A stretch of 64,000 nt of DNA from Thermosynechococcus sp. (GTDB lineage Bacteria > Cyanobacteriota > Cyanobacteriia > Thermosynechococcales > Thermosynechococcaceae). The notes beneath the pieces were generated by a model, which was given only the letters and a program-made list of their open reading frames with translations, was not told the origin of the DNA and searched no databases. Within the stretch, counting starts at the first letter, position 1, and the number at the start of each line of letters is the position of its first letter. The position numbers were made by a program, and so were the translations under genes. The DNA lies in NCBI RefSeq assembly GCF_046299635.1, contig NZ_JBKBHV010000011.1, positions 3,082 through 67,081 on the forward strand. The letters run 5' to 3'. Shown piece by piece: positions 51,151 through 60,846 of the stretch.

Positions 51151-52354
51151 CCACTAAATGAAACCCCATTTGACAGCGAAAGTGTTGACATCCCGCCTCG
51201 GCGGTACTCCCCAGAGGTGCCCCACAACGGAGCCGACCCTCTTGCCAGCGAGGTTGGCCTTGGCGATCGGCCAACAAGCAAGATTGACACACAGACTGTG
51301 ACGGTAAAATCTGATTTTGGGTGAGGATCACAAGCATCGGACACCTCCCGCCGATCAGAGCCTTTAATAGGCAGTTAATATGTAGTCTCTATAGAACCTC
51401 ATAAAAATAAAGACTCTAACCCTGATGTTTTTATCTTACCGTGAAAGCTTAGCGGATACGGTTGACTACCACTGCTAACTTTGCTACAAATTGCAACTCG
51501 CAGCCCTCTACTTAAATGGAAAGCAAAGACTGTGTGACGTTCTCTCTCGCTAACCTAAAGGAAAGGTATAGTGAAGGCTTCCAATATCGCTATCAGAGTT
51601 TCCTGCTTTACAGACTGGGCAACCCCTAGAGACATCGTGAGTTCCAAGGCGTATCAAGGTGCGGTTGAGGATCACTCTCGCTGAGTTTTGGTCTCGAGAA
51701 AGGCTCTGCGATCACCGATAAAACTTCGGGTGAGAGACTTCTTCTCCTTGAGCGGTCACCAAGAAGCTGTTCAACCCCAAGTCAATCCCAGTGGCGCTTT
51801 TGATATTTGATTGATTCTTTGGAACAGGCGCAGGCACGGTCTTGTCTTCTAGGGTGAGGCACACAGACCAACTATCCGCGGTCTGAACAACACTACAGGT
51901 TTTTGGCGTCACTCCGTTTGGTAAAAGACGGTGCAAAATGATTGGCATCTCGCCTATCTTGCTCAGCTTGATGGTTTGTCCCGTATTTCTTAAACTTGGG
52001 TCTGCCGCCGCGCCTGCTAGCAGCACTAGGAAACAACCAACGCTTCCATGCGTTTTCTAGCCGCAGTAAGCTCTGTTGTTGCACCTCGTGATAAATCAGC
52101 TTGTACTCAGGAAATCACTCTTGCGTCTGTTTCAGTTGTGCCGCTTGAGAATAGGGGGTAGGACAGTCAGGAATCTCACCACTTGGCTGCGAGACCAAAG
52201 AGCATCGATCAATCCAGCATCGAGTCCGATGTAACCGATCCAGTCTTTGTTCCAAGCAGTCGTTCCAGTGCCCCCGTAGCAGCTCTAGCCACTGTAGCAG
52301 TAGGGCTGCATGGTGGTTGTTCAGTTGGATGTGGTACTCATAGGTTAGAATCAT
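51150..52354 (-). pseudogene. tnpB: tnpB (RNA-guided nuclease of IS605 family), frameshifted and internally decayed
   Basis: Three frames must be joined. They are MILTYEYHIQLNNHHAALLLQWLELLRGHWNDC... (52354 down), then FPEYKLIYHEVQQQSLLRLENAWKRW...GRPKFK, then IKLSKIGEMPIILHRLLPNGVTPKTCSVVQTADSWSVCL...TGIDLGLNSFLVTAQGEEVSHPKFYR. About 350 nt of barely codable sequence follows. After that comes a Zn-ribbon/RuvC-III remnant PSQSVCQSC...RLRCG...RRDVNTF near 51330-51170. Confidence 0.7.
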
Positions 52355-52499
52355 GCTGTCGATTATAGACTTGAGTCTCAAGGACAGAACTGCAATTCCC
52401 CGTACTCCTAAGCAAGGCTATAGTGGCAGTACCCTTGCAGCATTTATGATAGATACTCTAAGACTAATGAAATTCTCGTCGCCCCTTGAGCTGTAATCC

Positions 52500-53909
52500 A
52501 TGTTTGACGCCCTTGCCGAACGCCTTGAATCTGCTTGGAAAACCCTACGGGGTCAAGACAAAATCACCGAAAATAATATCCAAGAAGCTCTCAGGGAAGT
52601 GCGCCGCGCCCTATTGGAGGCCGATGTCAACCTCCAAGTGGCCAAAGAGTTTATTGAAAATGTGCGTCAGCGGGCGATCGGCGCTGAGGTGATTGCTGGG
52701 GTTCGCCCCGATCAGCAATTTATCAAAATTGTTTACGATGCCCTTGTCGAAGTGATGGGGGAATCCTACAGCCCCCTTGCTCACGTGGAGCCACCACCGA
52801 CGATTATTCTCATGGCGGGTTTACAGGGCACTGGGAAGACCACCGCCACCGCCAAGCTCGCCCTGCACCTGCGCAAAGAAGGCCGCAGCAGCCTCTTGGT
52901 GGCCACCGATGTCTATCGTCCCGCTGCTATTGACCAGTTGATTACCCTCGGTAAACAAATTGACGTGCCCGTGTTTGAGATGGGTACAGAGGTTAGCCCC
53001 GTAGAAATTGCTTGCCAAGGGGTGGCTCAAGCCAAGGAACTCGGTGTGGATACGGTAATTATTGACACGGCGGGGCGCCTACAAATTGATGCCGAGATGA
53101 TGGCGGAACTGGCGGCCATTAAGGAAGCGGTACAACCCCACGAAACCCTCTTGGTGGTGGATGCGATGACTGGGCAAGAGGCCGCGAATCTCACCCGTGC
53201 TTTCCATGAGCAGGTGGGGATTACAGGCGCCATTCTCACCAAGCTCGATGGCGATACACGCGGCGGTGCGGCTCTTTCGGTGCGTCGAGTCTCCGGGCAG
53301 CCGATTAAGTTCATCGGTGTCGGGGAAAAAGTCGAGGCGCTCCAGCCTTTCTATCCCGATCGCTTGGCCTCGCGCATCTTAGGGATGGGGGATGTCCTCA
53401 CCCTTGTGGAAAAAGCCCAAGAGGAAGTGGACTTGGCCGATGCCGAAAAAATGTCCCGCAAAATTCTCGAAGCTCAGTTTGACTTTGATGACTTCCTCAA
53501 GCAACTGCGCCTACTCAAAAACATGGGTTCCTTGGCGGGAATTATGAAGCTCATCCCCGGCATGAATAAAATTTCAACGGAGCAACTCCAGCAGGGGGAA
53601 GTGCAACTGAAGCGGGCGGAAGCCATGATTAACTCCATGACCCGCGAAGAACGCCGCAACCCTGAACTACTCGCTAGCTCCCCCAGTCGCCGGGAACGGG
53701 TTGCCAAAGGTTCGGGTTATTCGGTAGCTGATGTTACAAAATTGGTTAGTGACTTCCAGCGCATGCGATCGCTGATGCAGCAGATGGGACAAGGGGGCTT
53801 TCCGGGAATGGGCATGCCGGGCATGAACCCAATAGGCCGAGGGGGACGTGCTCAGGCCCCCAAAAAGCCAAAAAAACAAAAGAAACGCAAGGGTTTCGGC
53901 GTGCTCTAA
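52500..53909 (+). CDS. ffh: Signal recognition particle protein Ffh
   Basis: 469-aa ORF. MFDALAERLESAWKTLRGQDKITE, GLQGTGKTT, DTAGRL, and a Met-rich M domain with a basic tail. Confidence 0.96.
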   Translation: MFDALAERLESAWKTLRGQDKITENNIQEALREVRRALLEADVNLQVAKEFIENVRQRAIGAEVIAGVRPDQQFIKIVYDALVEVMGESYSPLAHVEPPPTIILMAGLQGTGKTTATAKLALHLRKEGRSSLLVATDVYRPAAIDQLITLGKQIDVPVFEMGTEVSPVEIACQGVAQAKELGVDTVIIDTAGRLQIDAEMMAELAAIKEAVQPHETLLVVDAMTGQEAANLTRAFHEQVGITGAILTKLDGDTRGGAALSVRRVSGQPIKFIGVGEKVEALQPFYPDRLASRILGMGDVLTLVEKAQEEVDLADAEKMSRKILEAQFDFDDFLKQLRLLKNMGSLAGIMKLIPGMNKISTEQLQQGEVQLKRAEAMINSMTREERRNPELLASSPSRRERVAKGSGYSVADVTKLVSDFQRMRSLMQQMGQGGFPGMGMPGMNPIGRGGRAQAPKKPKKQKKRKGFGVL

Positions 53910-54034
53910 GGGGAAAGGTTTTCTCGCTGAGCGAACTTTCTCAATGGATTGGTTAAGGACTTTTGCAAGCAGCAGACGATTTTTTGTATTAACTTAAATG
54001 AAAAACCTAAAGTGCACTGTTACCCTTTACAACC

Positions 54035-54478
54035 ATGATTTTAACCTCCTGTCTTCCCCCCAGCCTTGAGCAAATTGTGCAGCGCTTTGAACAAATCCAA
54101 GATGCCCGCCGCCGCTATGAATATTTGCTCTCTTTTGCCAAAAAAGTACCGCTTCTGTCCCCTCAAGAGTGTACACCCGAAAATCGTGTGCCGGGCTGTG
54201 TTTCCGAAGTGCACCTTGTGGCTCAGCTCACCCCCGAGGGAAAGGTTGTCTTCCGGGGTAGCTCTGATGCCCAAATTCCCAAGGGGCTGTTGGGGCTGCT
54301 AATTAGCGGTCTGAATGAGCTGACACCGGCAGAAATTTTGCAGCTTTCTCCTGACTTCATTAAACGCACCGGGCTGGATGTGAGCTTAACCCCCTCACGG
54401 AGCAATGGATTCTACAATATGTTTCGCTTTCTGCAAACCCAAGTGGCCTCACTTCAGATAGCGGGGCTTCGCCCTTAG
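54035..54478 (+). CDS. sufE: SufE-family cysteine desulfuration protein
   Basis: 147-aa ORF. RRYEYLLSFAKK...VPGCVSEVHL contains the conserved persulfide-accepting Cys context. Confidence 0.82.
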   Translation: MILTSCLPPSLEQIVQRFEQIQDARRRYEYLLSFAKKVPLLSPQECTPENRVPGCVSEVHLVAQLTPEGKVVFRGSSDAQIPKGLLGLLISGLNELTPAEILQLSPDFIKRTGLDVSLTPSRSNGFYNMFRFLQTQVASLQIAGLRP

Positions 54479-54523
54479 CAGGACATTGGTTCCTCGCAGA
54501 GAAGGCGGTTTCTCAACCCCCAT

Positions 54524-56113
54524 TTACAAAGGGCGATACACACGATAGTTGATGTGGGGAAAGATATTGTCAATGGCTTCCACTTTTTCCAACCAACCGG
54601 CATCAATTTTTTGAGCCTTGATGTCCTCGTAGAGCTTGTGGAAGCGCATCAGGTGACTACGGGTGCGGCGAACGGCATAGGGCACCATTGTGCCTGTGCG
54701 CATGATAAAGGCCCAGTCCGAAGATTGAGCAAGGAGCAATTCCCGTGCCGCTTGGTTGAGGGCACGCCAACTCAGTTCATCCCACGGCTCTCCCTTGGCC
54801 AGTTCAATCATCCGTTCGGCAGCCTTATGGAGGTGAGGGTAAATCCAAGCATTGGTGTCGTTGAGCCAGTATTCATGGAAGCCCTTATAGCCCCAACTGG
54901 ACTGGGAAGGACGGCACACCTGTTGGGTGGGATGGGCACGCAGATAGTCCGCCAAGTGGGTCATGGCAAAAGTGTCTTGGTCAAACCAAACTTTGCGGAA
55001 GAGAAAGTCAAGGAACCAAGGCCCTTCATACCACCAGTGGCCATAGAGTTCAGCATCGTAGGGAGAGACGACAATGGGCGGACGCTGCATCAGGTGGTGC
55101 AGATAGCGAATTTGGTTTTCGCGGTTAAACATGAAATTGGCAGCGTGTTCGGCAGCTTTTTCCCGTGCCCAATAGGGGTCATAGAGTTGCTTATCCCCTA
55201 AACCAAGACCCCGCCCGGTAATTTTGTGGTATTTAATTCCAGTATTCTTGCGTTGGCCATTGGGCATGATGTAGGGCTTGATGTATTCGTACTCCGCTTC
55301 CCAACCCAAGTCCTTGTAGAATTCACGGTATTCAGGTGCCCCCGGATAGCCCACCTCCGATGACCACACCTGCTGGGAGGATTCGTGATCGCGACCAAAG
55401 GCAGCTACCCCGGTTTCAGTAAAGATGGGCGCATAGGTGCCAAAGCGAGGGCGGGGACGGGCATAGAGAATACCATGGCCATCGGTAATGAAATAGCGCA
55501 AACCAGCATCGGCAAGCATTCGCTCTAAGCCTTCGTAATAGGCACATTCCGGTAGCCAGATGCCCTTGGGCGGACGACCAAAGGTTTGCTCATAGTGCTC
55601 ACAGGCCACCTGGAGTTGTGCCCACACCGCTTGGGGATACATTTTCATCAGGGGCAGGTAGCCGTGGGTGGCGCCACAGGTAATGATTTCGAGGTTATTG
55701 GTGTCTTGAAACTGCTTAAAGGCCTTGACAAGGTCGCGATCGTAGTTTTCCCATGTTTGCCGCACGCGGTTGAATTCTTGAGCATAATGCTCGGCAAGGT
55801 AGCGGATGTGGCCATTGTAGGTATTGCGCTCTACCTCTAGCTCGGCCAGTTCCTCTAGTTTTGCCAAGTGCTGATCGTAGCGTTCCTGCAACAGTGGATC
55901 CCGCAGCATTGAAATTAGTGGCGGCGTCATACTCATTGTGATTTTGAAGTCCACGCCGTCACGTTTTAATCCCTCAAACATCCAGATGAGGGGCACATAG
56001 GTTTCGGTAATCGCCTCAAAGAGCCACTCTTCTTCTAAAACGTAGTCGCTCTCGGGATGGCGGACAAAGGGGAGGTGAGCATGCAAAACCAGCGCTAAAT
56101 AACCAATTGCCAT
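54524..56113 (-). CDS. Glycoside hydrolase family 57 (1,4-alpha-glucan branching enzyme type)
   Basis: 529-aa ORF. LALVLHAHLPFVRHPE, WLFEAITETYVPL and GHWWYEG are GH57 blocks. Confidence 0.88.
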   Translation of the reverse strand: MAIGYLALVLHAHLPFVRHPESDYVLEEEWLFEAITETYVPLIWMFEGLKRDGVDFKITMSMTPPLISMLRDPLLQERYDQHLAKLEELAELEVERNTYNGHIRYLAEHYAQEFNRVRQTWENYDRDLVKAFKQFQDTNNLEIITCGATHGYLPLMKMYPQAVWAQLQVACEHYEQTFGRPPKGIWLPECAYYEGLERMLADAGLRYFITDGHGILYARPRPRFGTYAPIFTETGVAAFGRDHESSQQVWSSEVGYPGAPEYREFYKDLGWEAEYEYIKPYIMPNGQRKNTGIKYHKITGRGLGLGDKQLYDPYWAREKAAEHAANFMFNRENQIRYLHHLMQRPPIVVSPYDAELYGHWWYEGPWFLDFLFRKVWFDQDTFAMTHLADYLRAHPTQQVCRPSQSSWGYKGFHEYWLNDTNAWIYPHLHKAAERMIELAKGEPWDELSWRALNQAARELLLAQSSDWAFIMRTGTMVPYAVRRTRSHLMRFHKLYEDIKAQKIDAGWLEKVEAIDNIFPHINYRVYRPL

Positions 56114-56159
56114 AGGAAGTTTGCCTGTTTATGTATTCGGGACAACGGCAGGGGATCAA

Positions 56160-56187
56160 TAAGATGAGTTGAGTTTCCCTCATCTTA
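56160..56187 (-). terminator. 9-bp perfect hairpin downstream of the split binding-protein gene
   Basis: TAAGATGAG (56160-56168) pairs with CTCATCTTA (56179-56187) around a 10-nt loop. On the minus strand the U-tract is weak (TTATTG). Confidence 0.3.
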
Positions 56188-56251
56188 GGCGAAATAGCTA
56201 AATCTGCAACGTTAAATTTTTATCTTTTCTTCAGATTTATCATTTGAGGCG

Positions 56252-56714
56252 CTATCCTGCCACAGGTAGGGCATATCGCTGCCAGCCAATGCCTTGAAAC
56301 TTGAGTTCCTGAGGTGGGTGGAGAATTTCCACGAGGATTTCAAGGGTTTGCAGCAGTAATCTATAAGTTATTCAAAATTATACATATTTTACTTTATCAT
56401 GTATAATAATCGTTGTGAGTAAACTATCCATCTCTCACGCCCTTCATAAGGTCACCAGTTACTTGGCCAAGAACCACGGCAGGGTGATCATCGAAGACCT
56501 GACTGTATCGGGGATGCTGAAAAACCATAGATTAGTGAGCGCTTTGGAGAGTGGCCAGTTCCAAATCATAAATCCCCAAGGCTGATCGCAAAAGGTCTTG
56601 AACCGCCCGTTCAATTGCCAAACTGGACTGCTTTGCATCCAAGCGCGCTCGTGTACAAACGGGCAGTGCCTTCACTTCTGGCGGATAGTCACATTCATGG
56701 CTACGCCCCACCAG
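56252..56714 (-). pseudogene. TroA/BtuF-like periplasmic substrate-binding protein gene, split and internally deleted
   Basis: N-terminal piece: LVGRSHECDYPPEVKALPVCTRARLDAKQSSLAIERAVQDLLRSALGIYDLELATLQS (about 56714-56545). C-terminal piece: LLQTLEILVEILHPPQELKFQGIGW, stop at 56252-56254 (56359-56252). The central ~200 codons are missing and replaced by a tnpB fragment plus an AT-rich spacer. Confidence 0.6.
56415..56585 (+). pseudogene. tnpB: tnpB fragment (RuvC-II region only)
   Basis: VSKLSISHALHKVTSYLAKNHGRVIIEDLTVSGMLKNHRLVSALESG matches the HK..S..L.....I.IEDL...GM.KN..LA.AI.D block of TnpB/OrfB. There is no N- or C-terminal part on this strand. Confidence 0.6.
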
Positions 56715-56786
56715 AAACGGCAGAAGAAGATGCAACAATTTCCGTTTCACTGGATAGGAGCAAAATAAGGCGAATTGAGTCTGCAA

Positions 56787-56859
<73 letters not shown>

Positions 56860-57032
56860 TTGAAAGTGCTTTATGATTTTAGCAATCGTCTAGGTGCTAT
56901 GACAAGTCTCTCGGAAAATCAATTGTTGAACGCGTGATTGATGGAGGGCTGTTGACTGAGGCATGGGCAGAGAGACAGGGCTTCAAAACTACGGTAATCT
57001 TATAGAGAAACTAGAGTATTACTGGCAGTGCT

Positions 57033-58043
57033 ATGGGCATCACCATTGAAAATGTTTCTAAGTCCTTTGGCTCGTTTCAAGCGGTCAAGCAGGTGGATTT
57101 GGATATTGCCAGTGGCTCTTTGGTGGCACTGTTGGGGCCTTCGGGTTCGGGTAAATCAACCTTACTGCGACTGATTGCCGGTCTAGAGGTGCCCGACACT
57201 GGCCGCATTCTGCTCACAGGCAAGGACGCTACCTATCAAAGTGTTCAAGAGCGTAATATCGGTTTTGTCTTTCAGCACTATGCTCTTTTTAAGCACATGA
57301 CGGTGCGCCAAAATATCGCCTTTGGCTTAGAGCTGCGCAAGGTACCCCGTGCCAAGATTAAAGCCCGCGTGGAGGAATTACTCGAGTTAGTGCAGCTATC
57401 CGGCTTGGGCGATCGCTACCCTTCTCAGCTCTCCGGGGGACAACGCCAACGGGTGGCTCTTGCCCGTGCCCTTGCGGTCGAACCCAAGGTGCTGTTGCTG
57501 GATGAACCCTTTGGTGCCCTCGATGCCAAGGTACGCAAGGAACTGCGCGCATGGCTGCGGCATCTGCACGATGATGTCCATGTCACCACCGTCTTCGTCA
57601 CCCACGACCAAGAGGAAGCCATGGAAGTCGCGGATCAGATTGTGGTCATGAACAAGGGTCAAGTGGAGCAGGTGGGCACGCCTGCTGAAATTTACGACCA
57701 CCCCGCCAGTCCCTTTGTGATGAGCTTTATTGGCCCTGTGAACGTCCTGCGCTCCCGTGTCTTTCAAGAAACCGAGGGCACCCCCCCTCACTGCGATATT
57801 TTTCTGCGTCCGCGCGACATCATTATTGAAACCACTCCCAATGAGAATACTGTCTCAGCCCGGATTCACCGCATCATTCACCTAGGCTGGGAAATTCAGG
57901 TGGAGCTGCGTCTAGACGACGGACAGGAATTGATGGCTCACCTCTCGCGGGAACGATTTGACGAGCTGCACCTTGAACCCCAGCAGCAGGTGTTTATTAA
58001 GCCCCGAGAGGCAAAGTCCTTCCCCCTCTACTACAGCATTTAG
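57033..58043 (+). CDS. cysA: Sulfate/thiosulfate ABC transporter ATP-binding protein
   Basis: 336-aa [38 protein letters not shown], and a C-terminal TOBE-like domain. Confidence 0.85.
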   Translation: MGITIENVSKSFGSFQAVKQVDLDIASGSLVALLGPSGSGKSTLLRLIAGLEVPDTGRILLTGKDATYQSVQERNIGFVFQHYALFKHMTVRQNIAFGLELRKVPRAKIKARVEELLELVQLSGLGDRYPSQLSGGQRQRVALARALAVEPKVLLLDEPFGALDAKVRKELRAWLRHLHDDVHVTTVFVTHDQEEAMEVADQIVVMNKGQVEQVGTPAEIYDHPASPFVMSFIGPVNVLRSRVFQETEGTPPHCDIFLRPRDIIIETTPNENTVSARIHRIIHLGWEIQVELRLDDGQELMAHLSRERFDELHLEPQQQVFIKPREAKSFPLYYSI

Positions 58044-58112
58044 CACGAAAAAAAATCAGTTCATCCCTTGAACAAACCAAGCCAAACTTGCTATGCTAAC
58101 AAAGCGACGTAA

Positions 58113-58184
58113 TGGGGTGTCGCCAAGCGGTAAGGCAGCGGGTTTTGGTCCCGCCATTCGGGGGTTCGAATCCTCCCGCCCCAG
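58113..58184 (+). tRNA. trnQ: tRNA-Gln (anticodon UUG)
   Basis: TGGGGTGTCGCCAAGCGGTAAGGCAGCGGGTTTTGGTCCCGCCATTCGGGGGTTCGAATCCTCCCGCCCCAG. Anticodon stem GCGGG/CCCGC with loop TTTTGGT. Confidence 0.88.
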
Positions 58185-58201
58185 TTCAATCCTGAAAATT
58201 A

Positions 58202-58984
58202 ATGGCTCATTCTCCACCTTCACTGCTAGCCTTAGATTTTGATGGCGTCCTCTGTAATGGCCTGCGGGAGTATTTTCAAACCAGTTGGCGGGTGTATCGG
58301 CAGATATGGCCTGAGCAGTCTCTGACCCTCTCCTTAGAGGAGATGGAGTGGAAATTTGGTCAACTTCGGCCTGTCATTACGGTGGGGTGGGAGATGCCCC
58401 TTCTGTTGCGGGCAATCCTTGAAGGCACACCTTCTCAAGAGATTCTCCAGGACTGGCCAAAGGTGCGCGATCGCCTGCTTGTTGCCTACCATCTCAGCGC
58501 CACTGACCTAGGAGAGCGGGTAGATAGTTCGCGCGATCGCTGGATTCAAACAGACTGGCAAAGCTGGCTGGCGCTCCATGACTTTTATGACGGTGTTGTA
58601 GCGGCTTTGCAGCGCTGGCAAGCCCAAGGCCAACCCCTTGCCATTGTCACCACCAAAGAGCAACGCTTTGTTGCCTATTTGCTAGAGCAAGCAGACCTTT
58701 TCTTTCCCCCAGAGGCCATCTATGGCAAAGAGCAACAGCAGCCAAAGACCAACATCCTTAAAGCCCTCCAGTCAACCTATGGTGCCCCCCTGTGGTTTGT
58801 TGAGGATCGCCTCGGAGCGCTTTTACAAGTTGCAGCTACCCCAGAGTTAGAGGCAACAGAACTCTTTTTAGCCACTTGGGGCTATACCACCGCCGGCGAT
58901 CGCGCCCAAGCCGAGGCACATCCGCGTATCCATCTCCTCAGCCTAGAAGAATTTTGCCAATTTCCTCACTGGCTTTCTCCCTAA
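58202..58984 (+). CDS. HAD-superfamily hydrolase
   Basis: 260-aa ORF. Motif I is LALDFDGVLCNG and motif II-like is IVTTKE. Confidence 0.7.
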   Translation: MAHSPPSLLALDFDGVLCNGLREYFQTSWRVYRQIWPEQSLTLSLEEMEWKFGQLRPVITVGWEMPLLLRAILEGTPSQEILQDWPKVRDRLLVAYHLSATDLGERVDSSRDRWIQTDWQSWLALHDFYDGVVAALQRWQAQGQPLAIVTTKEQRFVAYLLEQADLFFPPEAIYGKEQQQPKTNILKALQSTYGAPLWFVEDRLGALLQVAATPELEATELFLATWGYTTAGDRAQAEAHPRIHLLSLEEFCQFPHWLSP

Positions 58985-59038
58985 CCCCTTGTCTTTCAAA
59001 GGGGTTTTCTCTATACTGAAAAAGCTGCGAAACAGCGC

Positions 59039-59110
59039 GGGTCGCTAGCTCAGCGGTAGAGCACTCGGCTTTTAACCGATTGGTCTTGGGTTCGAATCCC
59101 AGGCGACCCA
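59039..59110 (+). tRNA. trnK: tRNA-Lys (anticodon UUU)
   Basis: GGGTCGCTAGCTCAGCGGTAGAGCACTCGGCTTTTAACCGATTGGTCTTGGGTTCGAATCCCAGGCGACCCA. Anticodon loop CTTTTAA. There is one mismatch at the top of the anticodon stem. Confidence 0.85.
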
Positions 59111-59116
59111 TCTAGG

Positions 59117-59962
59117 TTAACTATCGAGTAAGCGGCGCAACTCTGCCATGTCGTCATCAATGGATTTGGCTTGAGACGATGAGCTGGTGCGTGGAGCGTC
59201 CTGCACCTCGGGGGTAGAGACGTTGATATTGATATTCAACTGACTGCTGCCACCGGAGGTTTGGGGCAACGTGCCAGCCGAGGGAGCATCGGGCAATAGA
59301 CCCATCTGCCGCTTCATTTCCAGCAGTTCAAATTCCACATCTTGCCGGCTAGCGCTGCTTTGGAGCGCTTGGAATTTACTTTCGAGAGTATCGCCACTGA
59401 GTTCAGCGATCGCTTGAGAGCGGGCTTCCATTTGCAAGACCTTATCTTCCATGCGTTCAAACGCCGCCATCGCATTGGAAGTACCCACCTTGCTGACAGC
59501 CTGATGAATTTGTTCGGAAGCCTTGGCGGCACGGGCACGTGCCTTGAGCATCTCCTTCTTCGTTTTCGCCTCAGAAATTTTGCTTTCCAGCGCCGTCAGG
59601 TTGTCCTTGAGCGTTTTCACCTGCACTGTCATTTGATCCACTTGGGCTTTGAGGGCAGCAGCGGTATCTTCAGCGGTTTTCTTGCGGTTCAATGCCTCCA
59701 ATGCGAGAGCTTCATCCCCTTTACTGAGGGCAAGGCGCGCCCGCCCTTCCCACTGCTGAGCATCTTTAAGATTTTGCGCGTACTGCTGTTCGAGTCGTTT
59801 TTGGGCAGCAATGGCCTGAGCAACCGCTTGGCGTAACTTGACCAAGTCGGCATTCATATCAATAATCGTTTGCTCAAGAATTTTTTCTGGATCTTCAGCA
59901 GCACTCACAAGGGCATTAAGGTTAGAGCGAATCACCATGCCCACGCGATCGAGTAAACCCAT
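59117..59962 (-). CDS. vipp1: Vesicle-inducing protein in plastids 1 (PspA/IM30 family)
   Basis: MGLLDRVGMVIRSNLNALVSAAEDPEKILEQTIIDM... It has a long coiled coil and the C-terminal extension typical of Vipp1 rather than PspA. Confidence 0.9.
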   Translation of the reverse strand: MGLLDRVGMVIRSNLNALVSAAEDPEKILEQTIIDMNADLVKLRQAVAQAIAAQKRLEQQYAQNLKDAQQWEGRARLALSKGDEALALEALNRKKTAEDTAAALKAQVDQMTVQVKTLKDNLTALESKISEAKTKKEMLKARARAAKASEQIHQAVSKVGTSNAMAAFERMEDKVLQMEARSQAIAELSGDTLESKFQALQSSASRQDVEFELLEMKRQMGLLPDAPSAGTLPQTSGGSSQLNININVSTPEVQDAPRTSSSSQAKSIDDDMAELRRLLDS

Positions 59963-60009
59963 GTTTTGCCTCGTCAATAACTCGTTGACTCTACTCTAGC
60001 GCATGCGTT

Positions 60010-60789
60010 TCACATGCCCATAATGCAGTAGCCCGAATCCACGTAAAGAATCTGACCAGTGATCCCACTGGCAAGATCGCTGGCAAGAAAAGCTGCCGTG
60101 TTACCCACTTCTGTTTGGGTCACCGTGCGCCGTAGCGGAGCCGTAGCTTCTACATGGTGGATCATATCGAGAATGCCTCCTACTGCCGAAGAGGCGAGGG
60201 TGCGAATTGGGCCGGCGGAGATGCCATTGACTCGGATATTCTGTGGCCCCAGTTCTGCCGCTAGGTAGCGCACATTCATTTCTAGGGCTGCTTTGGCAAT
60301 GCCCATCACATTGTAGTTTGGCACAACCCGCACGCCCCCCAAGTAAGTGAGGGTGATGATGGAACCACCATTGTTCATCAGGGGTTTGGCCGCACGACTG
60401 AGAGAAATGAGGGAGTAGGCACTAATGTCAAGAGCCAAATTAAAGCCTTCAAGGGAGACGGCTGAGAAGTCACCGCTGAGATCCTCTTTTTGGGCAAAAG
60501 CCAAACAGTGAATCAAAATATCCAAGCCACCCCAAGTGGATTGAATCGCCGCAAAGACCTCCTCAATTTGTTGGGGTTGCTGGACATCCAAAGGCAGAAA
60601 CAGCTTGGGGTCAAGGGGAGCAGTGAGTTCCTCAACCTTTTGCTTGATCTTTCCCCGCTCGTCGGGAAGATACGTCACTGCCAGCTCGGCACCTGCTGCA
60701 TGGAGTTGTTGGGCAATGCCCCAGGCAATGGAGCGATTATTGGCAATGCCCGTCACAAGGGCGCGTTTTCCCGATAGGTCTAGGAGCAT
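60010..60789 (-). CDS. fabI: Enoyl-[acyl-carrier-protein] reductase (NADH)
   Basis: MLLDLSGKRALVTGIANNRSIAWGIAQQLH is a canonical FabI N-terminus. ATG at 60789 preferred over the TTG at 60801. Confidence 0.93.
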   Translation of the reverse strand: MLLDLSGKRALVTGIANNRSIAWGIAQQLHAAGAELAVTYLPDERGKIKQKVEELTAPLDPKLFLPLDVQQPQQIEEVFAAIQSTWGGLDILIHCLAFAQKEDLSGDFSAVSLEGFNLALDISAYSLISLSRAAKPLMNNGGSIITLTYLGGVRVVPNYNVMGIAKAALEMNVRYLAAELGPQNIRVNGISAGPIRTLASSAVGGILDMIHHVEATAPLRRTVTQTEVGNTAAFLASDLASGITGQILYVDSGYCIMGM

Positions 60790-60846
60790 AGGAGCAGACA
60801 ATGTGAATAATCTAACCCCCTGATCGTACCAGAGGGGCTGCTGCCT

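Larger units (their letters stand above)
50800..52480 (-). mobile_element. IS200/IS605-family (tnpB-only, IS1341-like) element relic
   Basis: Contains the tnpB pseudogene listed below plus non-coding flanks. A 6-bp hairpin GCAAGG/CCTTGC sits at 52412-52438 at the presumed left end. The structured-looking tail at 50840-51150 is the presumed right end. The boundaries are approximate. Confidence 0.55.

Noticed and set aside
50844-51344. Small ORFs 50844..51026, 51096..51344 and 51110..51337 as independent genes.
   Set aside because: They are alternative frames of the decayed 3' end and tail of the tnpB relic. None has a start context or a recognisable domain beyond the Zn-ribbon remnant.
50800-51700. 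Possible group II intron, since thermophilic cyanobacteria carry many.
   Set aside because: There is no reverse-transcriptase/maturase ORF. I could not find a convincing domain V-like hairpin or GUGYG 5' end. The TnpB similarity explains the flanks better.
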